A stretch of DNA of 64,000 bases, from assembly GCA_965207385.1 (NCBI GenBank), contig CBDBLZ010000008.1, positions 3,347 to 67,346 of the forward strand. The letters run 5' to 3'. This document shows, piece by piece, positions 49,423-59,210 of this stretch. The notes beneath the pieces are model-generated. The model did no database searches and was not told the origin of the DNA. It saw nothing but the letters and a program-made list of their open reading frames with translations. The translations under genes were made by a program, and so were the position numbers. The stretch is from Rhodothermales bacterium (GTDB taxonomy: Bacteria; Bacteroidota; Rhodothermia; Rhodothermales; Bin80). The first letter of the stretch is position 1, and every line of letters begins with the position of its first letter.

Positions 49423-50421
49423 TCAGCGCCTCCTCAATGCCATCTGCCCGATCATCCGCACAAGCGCGGACGTCGCGAGGCACCGGGGCAGTACCTCCGC
49501 CAGACCCAGAGCCGCCGCCGAGTGTTGCTGCACGCGCTCTGCTGCAGCATCAAGGACTCCCAGCGCCTGCATGCGCCGCCGGGCCCCAGGAATCTCTGCC
49601 GGCGCCAGGCCACTGTCCTTGCGAATGCGCGCGAAAAAGCTGCGGTCCTCCCCCTCCGACCGTTCGAGCGCCTCCAGCAGCAGAAATGTCTTTTTGCCCT
49701 CCATGAGGTCACCCCCAACCGGCTTGCCCCATCCGGGATCTCCCGCTACCAGGTCCAGAAGGTCGTCCTGAATCTGGAAGGCTCGTCCCATTTGACGTCC
49801 GATGGACCGAAGCGCTGCCCGCATCTCTTGCGGGGCATCGCCGATGATACCGCCCATTTCCAGGGCAACCGATAGCAGTGACCCTGTCTTGCGGTCTATC
49901 ATGTCCAGGTACTGCGCTGTGGTAACCTCTGGGCGCCTCTCGAATTCCTTGTCCAGCGCCTGGCCTTCGCACAGCGCTGCTACCATGGAGGCAAAGGCCT
50001 GAACCAGCTCCGGCACGCGCCCGGAAGGCGTGCGCGCCACCTGGTCGAAGGACATGGACAGCAGCACGTCCCCACAGAGAATGGCCGTGTCCTCGTCCCA
50101 AGCTACGTGGACGGAGGGCCGTCCCCTCCGGCTCATGGCGTGGTCCATGATGTCGTCGTGCACGAGCGCAAAATCGTGTACCAATTCCACGGCGAGCGCC
50201 GCCGGCATGGCATGCTCCGAAGGAACACCGAAAATGGCAGACGAAACAAGCAGCAGCACGGGCCGGACATGCTTTCCTTCCCCTTCAAGGACGTACCGCG
50301 CGGAATCATACAGCACGTCCGGCTTGGCGGTCCTGATCAGCCCGGAGAGGGCGTCGGAAACTTCTTCCCGGAATTGTTCCAACAGCACATCACAATCACG
50401 GTCGGTGTGCAGCCTGGCCAT
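49423..50421 (-). CDS. polyprenyl (geranylgeranyl/long-chain) diphosphate synthase
   Basis: Contains both Asp-rich motifs: LVHDDIMD and FQIQDDLLD. Confidence 0.9.
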   Translation of the reverse strand: MARLHTDRDCDVLLEQFREEVSDALSGLIRTAKPDVLYDSARYVLEGEGKHVRPVLLLVSSAIFGVPSEHAMPAALAVELVHDFALVHDDIMDHAMSRRGRPSVHVAWDEDTAILCGDVLLSMSFDQVARTPSGRVPELVQAFASMVAALCEGQALDKEFERRPEVTTAQYLDMIDRKTGSLLSVALEMGGIIGDAPQEMRAALRSIGRQMGRAFQIQDDLLDLVAGDPGWGKPVGGDLMEGKKTFLLLEALERSEGEDRSFFARIRKDSGLAPAEIPGARRRMQALGVLDAAAERVQQHSAAALGLAEVLPRCLATSALVRMIGQMALRRR

Positions 50422-51073
50422 TGTGCTCAGGAAACTCGTCGCTAAGAATGTCTGCTATGCGTGAGTATACGGCTTCAACATCGCCTTCGGCGCCTACCGC
50501 CATCAGGCTGCCCCGCGTCCGGTAGTAGGCCACAACAGGCTCCGTCTGATTCCTGTATACGGCGAGGCGCCTTCGTATGGCCTCAGGCCGATCATCCGGG
50601 CGCTGGAAAATAAGGGAAGGATCAATTCCGGTGGGCGGTTTTGTGTCCAGGTGGAAGATCTGTCCTGTTTCCCGGTGCATGCGCCGCCGCGAGAGGCGGC
50701 GTATCAGCTCAGCATCGGATGCCTCCAACAGGATTACCGCCTGTAGCGGACGCTTTCCCAGGAAATCCGCCAGCCAGTTTGCCTGCGTTACCGTGCGGGG
50801 ATAGCCGTCCAGCACAAAGGCGTCGCAACCGGCAGCGGAGATGGCCTGCTCCGCCATGCTGCGTACCATTCCGTCCGGCACCAGAAGTCCCTTATCCATG
50901 TAGGCGGCTGCCTGCCGCCCCAATTCCGATCCTGATCCAACGACCTGACGGAATAAGTTTCCCGTCGATATATGCGCGAGGCCGTGCCGCTCAGCCAGCA
51001 GCCCCGCCTGCGTTCCCTTGCCCGCGCCGGGAGGGCCAAAGAGTGCAATCCGCTTCTTTCGTGATGCCCGCAC
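50396..51073 (-). CDS. adk: adenylate kinase
   Basis: P-loop LFGPPGAGKGTQ, followed by HISTGNLFR and LDGYPRT. The LID lacks Cys ligands. Confidence 0.9.
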   Translation of the reverse strand: MRASRKKRIALFGPPGAGKGTQAGLLAERHGLAHISTGNLFRQVVGSGSELGRQAAAYMDKGLLVPDGMVRSMAEQAISAAGCDAFVLDGYPRTVTQANWLADFLGKRPLQAVILLEASDAELIRRLSRRRMHRETGQIFHLDTKPPTGIDPSLIFQRPDDRPEAIRRRLAVYRNQTEPVVAYYRTRGSLMAVGAEGDVEAVYSRIADILSDEFPEHNGQAAHRP

Positions 51074-51087
51074 GTTGCTTTGAACAA

Positions 51088-51543
51088 TCAGTCTTGCCCA
51101 TTCTCCCTTTCCGCAAACCTGCCCAACGCCGCAAGACCCAAATCAATGGCAACCGGCATCAGTCTGCCGAGCAGCCTGGACATGGCCTCCGACCCCTTCG
51201 GCGAATTCGGACCTGCGCCGGCGCCCAGACTCTGGCCCAGGGCCCGCTCCACATGCGAGCCGACCACGTCCAGAATCTCCTCCCTGGCAGCGCTCCGCCG
51301 GCTCAGTCCCCCTGCGATCATGCCCACCAGAATGCCGGCCACCAGAGCCCCGCCGGTTTTTGTCAGCGGGTGGCGCAGCACGGACTCCGGCGAGGCAAGC
51401 GCAGCGACCTCGCTGCGAATGGCTTCGAAGTGCCGGGAAATCTGCTCCGTCTTGCCGTCCAGTACACGCTGCAGCTCAGCTGCCGCGGCCTTCTGGTTCT
51501 TTGTCGCCGTGGGCTTCATCGCCATAACTACGCCGGAGTCCAA
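51088..51543 (-). CDS. hypothetical single-pass membrane protein
   Basis: One TM segment (GGALVAGILVGMIAGGL). The start is uncertain (ATG at 51543, 51525 or 51519). It overlaps the end of the upstream holin-family gene. Confidence 0.45.
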   Translation of the reverse strand: MDSGVVMAMKPTATKNQKAAAAELQRVLDGKTEQISRHFEAIRSEVAALASPESVLRHPLTKTGGALVAGILVGMIAGGLSRRSAAREEILDVVGSHVERALGQSLGAGAGPNSPKGSEAMSRLLGRLMPVAIDLGLAALGRFAERENGQD

Positions 51544-51853
51544 GGTACGTGCCCGCCGCGCCTATCGCTACTGCAGCGCCCACCAGCAGAAAACCCAGCG
51601 CTGCATTATCCAGAAGTGAACCGAGCCCGAGCGAAGCAGCCACCAGCATGAGCAGAAGCGCGGCCCCGCCCAAGACGGCCGCGATGGCATAGGTCAGCAG
51701 CCTGCCCTGCCGCGCCTTGATGCCGCGCGCTACTTCCAGGCCAAAGAGATCGACGCGCAGCTGAATCCAATCGCTGACATCACGCACCAGCTCCTGCGTA
51801 AGGATACCAAGGCGATCCGTGTTTCCCGAGTCTTCCGCACCGTCTGGCTCCAT
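51476..51853 (-). CDS. phage holin family (Holin-X/holin superfamily III-like) membrane protein
   Basis: Two TM segments (LLTYAIAAVLGGAALLLMLVAASL and LGFLLVGAAVAIGAAG). The architecture is as in proteins annotated 'phage holin family protein'. Confidence 0.5.
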   Translation of the reverse strand: MEPDGAEDSGNTDRLGILTQELVRDVSDWIQLRVDLFGLEVARGIKARQGRLLTYAIAAVLGGAALLLMLVAASLGLGSLLDNAALGFLLVGAAVAIGAAGTYLGLRRSYGDEAHGDKEPEGRGS

Positions 51854-51904
51854 GGCCGTGCCCGTCGAGTGGTGGCTAGACTACCCCGGGCAATCTGCAT
51901 GGTT

Positions 51905-52960
51905 TCAGGCGGCAGGCACTCCCAGACGTGCAAGGAAGTCCACGGTATCCCGTCCGTCCGGGCGCCAGTCCAGACGGGGCCGGTGCGCCGAGCCCGGCGG
52001 CTGGGCCGCCCGCGGCATGCGCAGCCTTGCCGCCAGGTCGGTCCTTGCCACGGTGAGCTGTATTGCCGCCCTTTCCTTCTCCAGGTAGTCTTCTACCTCA
52101 CGAAGGCTGTCGTACTCGGCCCAGCGCAAGTGCGCGGGACCCTGCGGTTCGGGGGCACCTCGGCTGACCAGGAACTCAAGACCTTCCCCGTAAGCGTGCG
52201 GCACGCCTAGCGATTGAAGAAACGCCTGTTGCATGGACAGCGCGCCCGGCGTCGATGCATGAACGGGGAAGACGCTGCGGAAGGCCGCCAGGCTATCGAG
52301 CATGGCATCCGGGGACAGACCTCGCGGTGCCCAAAGCAGCGCCACGCTCCTGCATCCCATGCCCTCGTGGAGGAGAATATCCTCCGCCAGGCCATCATGA
52401 TCCTGCCGGCTTTCCTTGCCGTCGACCACCGCTACGGCATACGTATGGCCGCGCACAAGGAGTCTGCCCTCCGGCAAGGCGCGTGCGCGCGCCTGCTCCC
52501 GGATCCAGCCTGCGGCGGCGTCGCCGCCCGTAGCAACAACGGCATCGGCCTCCGCCCACATCTCGGCTGCCGGTCTGAACCGTGCGCGCAGCCCGGGAAC
52601 GGCCTGTCCAATGCACTCCGCAAAGGCCGGCAGCATCGCGGGCGACTTGGATGAGCACACGCCGATGTACTCGTGGCCCGTCAGCACAACGGCCAGAAAA
52701 TCCAGCAGGCCGGCAAGGGGGATGTTGCCGGCATTCAGGACACCTACGCGGAGTGCGCTCCGCGCCCGGCGCCCGCGCAGCCAGTCGTGCAGTCCCTGGT
52801 GCGTAACCTGGTGCATCTGCTGGTTTATGGCAAAGGCGAGCGCCTCTTCGGTAAAGCGGTTTGGCGCCGATAGCGTGCGCTCCACGGCGCGCGCTCTGGC
52901 GGCACAATCGGGATCTCTCCAGCGCTCCGCCTCGCCTACTACGGCATCCAGCACGGTCAT
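51905..52960 (-). CDS. acyl-CoA reductase (LuxC-like)
   Basis: Trimmed to ATG 52960, which forms an ATGA overlap with the LuxE-like stop. It was recognised as the LuxC-type reductase usually paired with LuxE homologues in Bacteroidota. Confidence 0.65.
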   Translation of the reverse strand: MTVLDAVVGEAERWRDPDCAARARAVERTLSAPNRFTEEALAFAINQQMHQVTHQGLHDWLRGRRARSALRVGVLNAGNIPLAGLLDFLAVVLTGHEYIGVCSSKSPAMLPAFAECIGQAVPGLRARFRPAAEMWAEADAVVATGGDAAAGWIREQARARALPEGRLLVRGHTYAVAVVDGKESRQDHDGLAEDILLHEGMGCRSVALLWAPRGLSPDAMLDSLAAFRSVFPVHASTPGALSMQQAFLQSLGVPHAYGEGLEFLVSRGAPEPQGPAHLRWAEYDSLREVEDYLEKERAAIQLTVARTDLAARLRMPRAAQPPGSAHRPRLDWRPDGRDTVDFLARLGVPAA

Positions 52961-53937
52961 GCCTGCGCGCCTTCCAGCAGAAAATTGCACCCGCGAAGCC
53001 CGCTTTGGGGCAGCCTTCCCAGGATTTCGAAGCCATCCCCCCGCCGCACGGCCAAGTCTTCGGTCAAGAGCGCACTTACGGAATACAAATTGGCCAGATC
53101 AAATACCGCCAGCACTCCAGGCACCCCTTCTGCGGACTCGTCCATGGTATGCGGATCCAGCACGCGAAAGCGCATCCAGGCCGGCGGAAAAAACACCGGT
53201 CCTCCGCGCGTGTACGCCTGGCTCATCAATTCGCACATTCCGTATTCGCTCCAGATTCTGGCGGCCGACAGGCCGAATCCCTCTGCCAGCTGCTGATGCA
53301 GCTCGGCTCTCGTCATATGCCGCCGGTAGGTCTTCATACCACCGGTCTCGACTATGCGTGCCCCGCGGGGGAACCGATATGGGCGCGCCTCAGCGAGGTC
53401 AAGCAGACCGAACGCCGCTCCAAACAGCATAAAGCTGCGGCCCCCTCCGATGGCGCGCTCCAGCAGGGAGGTGTCTTCCAGAAAGAAACCGCTTTGGGCG
53501 TCGCCGTAGCACCTAACCAGAATCTCCATCATGCAGACGAGAGAAGACGCCTCGTCATACTGCGGAAGGTGGGCCAGTATGGTGTGGGGCCCCGCGCCAA
53601 AGACCCGCTCGAAGTGGACCGAGACGGCGCGCTCGTATACGGCCAGGCTCCGCACCCAGTGCCTGCCGCGCGCCATGCGCCTGGTCCCGCTGCTCGTGAA
53701 CACGCGCTCCGCAGCGGCTGGAGGAAACGTCACCACAGGGGCATGCCTGAAGGCCTCCACGGGCAGATACTTGCCGGCATCGGCAAACTGCCCGTATACC
53801 GTGCAGCGCTCTCGCTGATAGCTCTCCACGCAGCGCTCCATTGCCTCGAATTCCTCGGGCGAGGCCACGCGGTGAAAGCTCCGCTCGACAGTTTCTATGG
53901 TCACGCTGACTAACCGGCGGGGAAACGAATACGACAA
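52957..53937 (-). CDS. acyl-protein synthetase (LuxE-like adenylating enzyme)
   Basis: N-terminus FEAMERCVESYQRERCTVYGQF and GGMKTYRRHMTRAEL are typical of LuxE family members. An alternative GTG start at 53904 would remove the 28-nt overlap with the upstream gene. Confidence 0.7.
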   Translation of the reverse strand: MSYSFPRRLVSVTIETVERSFHRVASPEEFEAMERCVESYQRERCTVYGQFADAGKYLPVEAFRHAPVVTFPPAAAERVFTSSGTRRMARGRHWVRSLAVYERAVSVHFERVFGAGPHTILAHLPQYDEASSLVCMMEILVRCYGDAQSGFFLEDTSLLERAIGGGRSFMLFGAAFGLLDLAEARPYRFPRGARIVETGGMKTYRRHMTRAELHQQLAEGFGLSAARIWSEYGMCELMSQAYTRGGPVFFPPAWMRFRVLDPHTMDESAEGVPGVLAVFDLANLYSVSALLTEDLAVRRGDGFEILGRLPQSGLRGCNFLLEGAQA

Positions 53938-54533
53938 CCAAAGGCCCGGGTAGACGGGACACTCGGCGCGCGCCCCTCCGCAAGCGCCGCCATTACCGAT
54001 TCGAGATAGGCCTCTTGTATGCCGCCCGCATCCGCTGGCGAGTCGTCTATGGCACCGGTATAGACGAGTTGTCGCCCGGCGTCAAATACGAATACCTGCG
54101 GCGTGCGAAAAGCCCCTAGCGCCCGGGCAAACTGGGCCCCCGAATCCATGGCATACGGCATGGGGTGGCCCGGGGTGCGACTGGCCTCAAGCCCCTCTTC
54201 GGGGAAGGCGTCCGGGTCATTGGCGTTAACCAGGTACAGCAGAATGCCCTGCTCCGAGGCCGTTTCAAAATGGTCTCGCACGCGCCGCATGTACCCCTCG
54301 CTCCACTGGCAGGAATTGCTCCAGAAAATCACCACGGTCCCGCGTGTACCGGTGAGCTCGCCTACCGTTGAGGTGCCGCCGCTTGCCAGCGCCAGGACCT
54401 GGTCCTGTCCGGGAAGCACCGTCCCGAGCGGGATCTCGGCCGGCTGGGCAGCAGCCGCGCCAGCAGCGGCCAGGAACAGGGCACCCAGCAGCCACTGGGA
54501 TAGAGCGCGCCATTGCAAAGGGACATTTTTCAT
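53910..54533 (-). CDS. secreted thioredoxin-fold (TlpA/redoxin-like) protein with CxxS active site
   Basis: Only the C-terminal 207 aa of track ORF 53910..55841 are used (ATG 54533, MKNVPLQWRALSQWLLGALFLAAAGAAAAQ signal). The thioredoxin-fold motif is VVIFWSNSCQWS, where the second Cys is replaced by Ser. It has an ATGA overlap with the NSS gene. Confidence 0.75.
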   Translation of the reverse strand: MKNVPLQWRALSQWLLGALFLAAAGAAAAQPAEIPLGTVLPGQDQVLALASGGTSTVGELTGTRGTVVIFWSNSCQWSEGYMRRVRDHFETASEQGILLYLVNANDPDAFPEEGLEASRTPGHPMPYAMDSGAQFARALGAFRTPQVFVFDAGRQLVYTGAIDDSPADAGGIQEAYLESVMAALAEGRAPSVPSTRAFGCRIRFPAG

Positions 54534-56014
54534 ATGAGGCGCCGCACCATGCGGCGGTTTGCTGCCAACAAGAGACTCATCACGATACACCACTGGACCA
54601 GGCACGTCATGACGCTGAATCGCTCGGTAGGATCGAACCACGTGTCGGGCGCATATTCGGTGGCGGAGATCCAGAGCCACCAAACCAGGAGGACGGCACC
54701 CAATACCGGCACCCCGTACGACACTACGAAATCCCAGATTCGACCTGCGTTCCAGTCCCCTGGCGTCCCGTCTATAGCCGCCTTCCTGAACGGCCGCGCT
54801 CCCTGCCTTATTACGGCAAAGGCCACAAACAGCCCGCAAAGCATGAGTGCCACGCCCCAGACAAAGTCCTGGTTCTCGAAGAATCCCAGGTAGATGGCGG
54901 ACGGGATGCCGAGCACAAAGGAAAGCAGGAATACGCCCGCCGTGGCATGACTGCGGCGAATCCCGAAGTCGACTCCGATGCGGGTTACCAGGTTCACCAT
55001 GGATATCAGCGAGCTCAGCGCGGCACACGACAGGCCGAGGAAAAACAGCGCGGCAAATACGCTTCCGGCTGGCATTTCGGCAAAAAGCTGCGGCATCCAG
55101 ATGAAGGTCAGGCCCGTAGCCGCCGGGCCGCTCGTCTGCATGACTTCGAGCACTTCCGGCTGGCTCATCCTTGGACCAAGTATCGCAAATGCCGTGCCAA
55201 AAATGATGATGGCGGCAAGGATGGACACCGTATTGTTGCCCACCGCCGTAATGAAGGCGTTCTTTACTGCGCCATGCCGCGCATGCATATAGGCCGCGTA
55301 CGTCAGCACCAGGCCCCAGCCCGCACCCGTGTCCCAGGCATTCTGCGTCAGGGCTTCCAGCCACAGCCGAGGCTGCGCAAGCGTGGCCCAGTCCGGCGTA
55401 AACAGGAATCGCACGCCTTCCCACGCGCCATCCAGGGTAAGCGTGCGCCCCAGCGCAATGAGCACAATAACCAGCAGCGTGGGAACCAGCACCTTGTTGG
55501 CTCGCTCGATGCTTCGGACGCCTTTCCACGCCGCAAGCGAAGCCAGCCCGATGGCAAGGGCGTGGAAAAGGAGCGGGAAGCCACCTGTCTGGAAGCCGTC
55601 CCACACGTCTTGGGACGCCTCTACCGTAATGGGCATGCCGCCCGTTACCATTTTCAGAAAGTAGAATATGCACCACCCCGCTACCACCGAATAGTAGAAG
55701 GTGATGGCGGCCGTGACGAAGCCGAGGAAGGCTCCCATCCAGGCATATCGCTTGCCGGCCATCTGGACCATCGTTCCCACGACGCCCTTGCGCGAGCGGG
55801 AGCCGAGCGCGTACTCGGCTATGATCAGCGGGATGCTCCACGCGAAGAGGAAGATGATCCAGGCCACCAGAAAGGCGCCGCCTCCCGCATCGCCGCTATT
55901 GGTAGCAGCGATGCGCGGAAAGCGCCAGATATTGCCCGTGCCAATGGCCATGCCCAGGACGCTCAGGAGCAGGCCCAGCCGGGAAGAGAATCGTGCAGAA
56001 GACTCAAGAGACAT
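54530..56014 (-). CDS. sodium-dependent transporter, NSS (neurotransmitter:sodium symporter) family
   Basis: NSS signature GMAIGTGNIWRFP near the N-terminus. About 11-12 TM segments. Confidence 0.9.
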   Translation of the reverse strand: MSLESSARFSSRLGLLLSVLGMAIGTGNIWRFPRIAATNSGDAGGGAFLVAWIIFLFAWSIPLIIAEYALGSRSRKGVVGTMVQMAGKRYAWMGAFLGFVTAAITFYYSVVAGWCIFYFLKMVTGGMPITVEASQDVWDGFQTGGFPLLFHALAIGLASLAAWKGVRSIERANKVLVPTLLVIVLIALGRTLTLDGAWEGVRFLFTPDWATLAQPRLWLEALTQNAWDTGAGWGLVLTYAAYMHARHGAVKNAFITAVGNNTVSILAAIIIFGTAFAILGPRMSQPEVLEVMQTSGPAATGLTFIWMPQLFAEMPAGSVFAALFFLGLSCAALSSLISMVNLVTRIGVDFGIRRSHATAGVFLLSFVLGIPSAIYLGFFENQDFVWGVALMLCGLFVAFAVIRQGARPFRKAAIDGTPGDWNAGRIWDFVVSYGVPVLGAVLLVWWLWISATEYAPDTWFDPTERFSVMTCLVQWCIVMSLLLAANRRMVRRLI

Positions 56015-56019
56015 GGCAG

Positions 56020-58443
56020 TCAGGGGCTGAGCGTGATGCGTGATGAAACTTCGGGCAACTCACCCGGATTTCGGGGCCTGTGCAATTTGTAGTGCTCGAA
56101 GTCCAGGTAAGACGGCACGTGTAGGTCATAGTAGCGGCTGAGAGGACGCCCGCTTTGCCCGCCGGGAAAGATGCCGTAGCCTTCCGGTGGCCGCCGGGAA
56201 AAGTCTACCACCATGCGCCAGCTGGCACCATGCGTAGTTTCCAGTTCGCTTCCCGGCGATATGGTTTCATCGAAGCCGGGATAGGCATGCGGACCGCTCC
56301 ACAGGGCCCGCAGCCCGGGATTCTGCGTAAAATGCCGCAGAAGAACGTGGTGCACATTCCCCCATCGCGGATCCTGGAAATCCTGCCTTAGCGTCTTGCC
56401 CGTCTCTTCCAGCGCCATGGCCAAGAGCATGGAGGCATCCTCTGTCTCCGGCGTTCGTGCCACATCAAGCCAGCTGGATCCCTGACGCAACAAATGGAGC
56501 AGCGTCATGTCCTTGGGCACGGGCATGCCGGCAAAGACCGCTTCATCCCACGCCAGGCTTCGCAGATGCTGCAGAAACAGGTGCATGGCAATCGGTGCCT
56601 CACTGTCCAGGGTGGCTTCGCCGCTCCACGCCAGCAGCCGGTCCCGGACAGCACTTGCATTCCGCGATAGGCCGCCCAGTCCCTCCAAGAGCGGCACGAA
56701 TAGATCGCGCTGCACCACGTGCACGTCGGACTGGTAGCGCAGGAAATCCTCGACGCCGTGCTGCGGCCGCGAGCGCAGCAGGCTGTCGATGCGCAGCGCC
56801 CGGTAGGCATCCGGCCAGTCATGGCCCAGGTAGTGTGGATATCCCGGCCCGACAGGAAGCTGGTTGGCCGAAAACAGGTAGCTCTGTGCCGTCTGGTCCG
56901 CGTGCGGCAGGTGCTCGAAGGGTATCGAACCCGTCCACTCGAACCGGTCCGTCGTGCCGTCCAGGAGTCCCGCCCCGTGACCCGCCTTCCGGATCGGGAT
57001 CCGCCCCGTAGAGCGGATGCTGATGCTGCCTGCCGTGTCGGCATACAGAATATTCATTGCGGGCATATCAAAATGCCTTAGCGCGGCGTCGAATTCCTGG
57101 CGGTTGCCTGCCCGGTTCATGTCCCAGATGGCCCGCAGGATGCCGCCCGGTTCATGAGCTACCCATCGGAGGGCGACGGCACCGGTATCCATCCGGACCA
57201 CCGGACCGAAGTGCGAAAAGAGCGCCGTGTCTATCCGGGCAGCAGCGCCCTTGACTACCAGGGTGTCCGGCACCGTTTCCAGGGGCCTCCAGCCGTCACC
57301 GTAGCGGTAGCGCAACCCGGTCGAATCCAACTGGAGCACGAAGTGGTCCAGCACGTCCGCACCGGTATTGGTATAGGTCCAGCCAAGGGCGTCGTTGAAG
57401 GCTTCCACCACGACGGGCGTGCCAGGCGGCAGCACGCCGTACAGGTTTAGCTCGGGCGTAACCACGTGCACTTCGTACCAGATGGCAGGCAGCGACAGCT
57501 CAAGATGCATGTCGCCGGCCAGTATGGGGGAGCCCGTACCGGACATATCTCCGGCGACGGCCCAGTTGTTGGAGCCTTTCGGCTCGTGGTAACCCGGCGC
57601 TCCCCACGCCGAAAGGACTTCACCTATCTGCCCAAGACGAGCCGCCGCCTCATACGATTCAGCTGCAACTGCCGTCCGCGTGCCAGCTGAAGGCTCATGT
57701 AATGTGTCCGGAATACTGGGGATGTAGTGCAAGCTGCCAGGCGGATAGAGCAGGTCGTACGCGGAGTCGCCCAGCCGGTCCCGCAGTACGGAAAAGGCCG
57801 GTTCCGTATGGCGATAGGTCAGGTCATAGGCAAAGTACTGAAGCAGGCGGGCCGTGTGCAGCGGCGTGTACCTATCGGGCCGGTAACCCAGCAGCTTGGA
57901 CTCGAAGGGCAGCTCGGCCGGCGACAGTCCATCCAGGTATGCGTTGGCTCCTGCCGCAAACCATGTGGTGAGCTCGTACTCGAGTCCCTGCTCCTGTTGC
58001 CATCTCCGTGCCAGCTTGCGTGCGCCCCACTCCATTCCCGTCTGCCGGAGAAACCGGTCAGCTTCCAGCGCGCCTGCGCCGTAAATCTCCGCGAGACGAC
58101 CCGCGGCTACGCGCGGCAGAAAGTCGAGCTGCGCGGCTCGGTCTTGCGCGACCACGTAGCCAAGCGCCATGATGGCATCGCGGTCACTGGCCGCGAAAAT
58201 GTGCGGTACGCCCCTTTCGTCTCGCTCTATGACCACCTCTGCCCCGAGCTCCGGAAGGCGCAATTGCTGTGTCCGAGGATGCTCGGCGTGGCGGGCGTTG
58301 TAGTAGAGTCCCTTGACCGGATCCAGCAGCGGACCAACGGGCGCAAGCTGCGCGACCGGCAGATGGAGTGCTCCCAGCAGCAATCCACTTGCGGCGGCCC
58401 ACGAAGCCAGCGCCACTGCATGCCTTAGGGGCCGCCCGCTCAC
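56020..58443 (-). CDS. penicillin acylase family Ntn-hydrolase (penicillin/AHL acylase-like), secreted
   Basis: The beta-subunit nucleophile motif is GSNNWAV. The start is proposed at GTG 58443 (VSGRPLRHAVALASWAAASGLLLGAL signal), which forms a GTGA overlap with the ParA stop. The ATG at 58557 lies inside the ParA gene. Confidence 0.85.
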   Translation of the reverse strand: MSGRPLRHAVALASWAAASGLLLGALHLPVAQLAPVGPLLDPVKGLYYNARHAEHPRTQQLRLPELGAEVVIERDERGVPHIFAASDRDAIMALGYVVAQDRAAQLDFLPRVAAGRLAEIYGAGALEADRFLRQTGMEWGARKLARRWQQEQGLEYELTTWFAAGANAYLDGLSPAELPFESKLLGYRPDRYTPLHTARLLQYFAYDLTYRHTEPAFSVLRDRLGDSAYDLLYPPGSLHYIPSIPDTLHEPSAGTRTAVAAESYEAAARLGQIGEVLSAWGAPGYHEPKGSNNWAVAGDMSGTGSPILAGDMHLELSLPAIWYEVHVVTPELNLYGVLPPGTPVVVEAFNDALGWTYTNTGADVLDHFVLQLDSTGLRYRYGDGWRPLETVPDTLVVKGAAARIDTALFSHFGPVVRMDTGAVALRWVAHEPGGILRAIWDMNRAGNRQEFDAALRHFDMPAMNILYADTAGSISIRSTGRIPIRKAGHGAGLLDGTTDRFEWTGSIPFEHLPHADQTAQSYLFSANQLPVGPGYPHYLGHDWPDAYRALRIDSLLRSRPQHGVEDFLRYQSDVHVVQRDLFVPLLEGLGGLSRNASAVRDRLLAWSGEATLDSEAPIAMHLFLQHLRSLAWDEAVFAGMPVPKDMTLLHLLRQGSSWLDVARTPETEDASMLLAMALEETGKTLRQDFQDPRWGNVHHVLLRHFTQNPGLRALWSGPHAYPGFDETISPGSELETTHGASWRMVVDFSRRPPEGYGIFPGGQSGRPLSRYYDLHVPSYLDFEHYKLHRPRNPGELPEVSSRITLSP

Positions 58444-59210
58444 GCTTCGTCCGGCTGCAGGCCGACAATGCGGATGATCTCGTCGGTAAGATTGGCGTAA
58501 TCCCGTGCGCCCCGCGAGTAGGGATCGCGCCGGAAGACGGTTATGCCGTCGCGGCATGCCGCCGAAAGCGCTGCGCTCGTGCGGATAATCTGGCGCAGGA
58601 CATGCTCGCTATAGGTTGTTCGCAAGTAGGCTCTGAGCCGGTTGTGCGCCCGCTTGCGGGCATCCACCTGGGTAAGAAGAAAAAATGGCGGATGCATTTT
58701 GGGATTAAGCTTGTCGCCGACAAGGGCAACCGTCTCGTAAGTCTGTTCAGCTCCCAGGACCGGCTGCTCCTCCGGCGTCACCGGAATGATCACGAAGCGG
58801 GCTGCAACCAGGGCATTCAGGCTGAATACAGTAACAGCCGCGGCCGTGTCCAGAATGGCAACATCGTAGCCCGAGCGCACCTGCAGCGCCTCCTTTAGCC
58901 AGAAGACATCGGTCGGACTGGTCAGTTTGCGCATCAACCTCGTCAGCCCGCCGGAGCCGGGAATGACATCGAATCCGGGAAAACTCACGGAGGGAACGTC
59001 CGCGGGATCAATATCGTGCCGGAAGAAAGCACAAACCGAAGCCTCCGGAGCCGGCTCCGCAATGCCCAGCATGCTGGAGAGGTACGCCTGCGGATCCAGA
59101 TCGATGGCCAATGTCCGAAATCCGCTAAGGCCAAGTGCCGCGGCCAGATGCAGCGCCGTGGTTGTCTTGCCTGTGCCGCCCTTGTGGTTGCAGAGTGCGA
59201 TGATCACCAT
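58440..59210 (-). CDS. ParA/Soj-type ATPase, orphan (no parB nearby)
   Basis: Deviant Walker A CNHKGGTGKTT followed by LAIDLDPQAYLS. Confidence 0.85.
   Translation of the reverse strand: MVIIALCNHKGGTGKTTTALHLAAALGLSGFRTLAIDLDPQAYLSSMLGIAEPAPEASVCAFFRHDIDPADVPSVSFPGFDVIPGSGGLTRLMRKLTSPTDVFWLKEALQVRSGYDVAILDTAAAVTVFSLNALVAARFVIIPVTPEEQPVLGAEQTYETVALVGDKLNPKMHPPFFLLTQVDARKRAHNRLRAYLRTTYSEHVLRQIIRTSAALSAACRDGITVFRRDPYSRGARDYANLTDEIIRIVGLQPDEA

Noticed and set aside
53910-55841. 643-aa track ORF spanning the thioredoxin-like gene and most of the NSS transporter region.
   Set aside because: Only the last 207 aa (from ATG 54533, with a signal peptide and thioredoxin fold) look real. The upstream part overlaps the NSS transporter gene (GNIWRFP signature, 54530..56014) in another frame.
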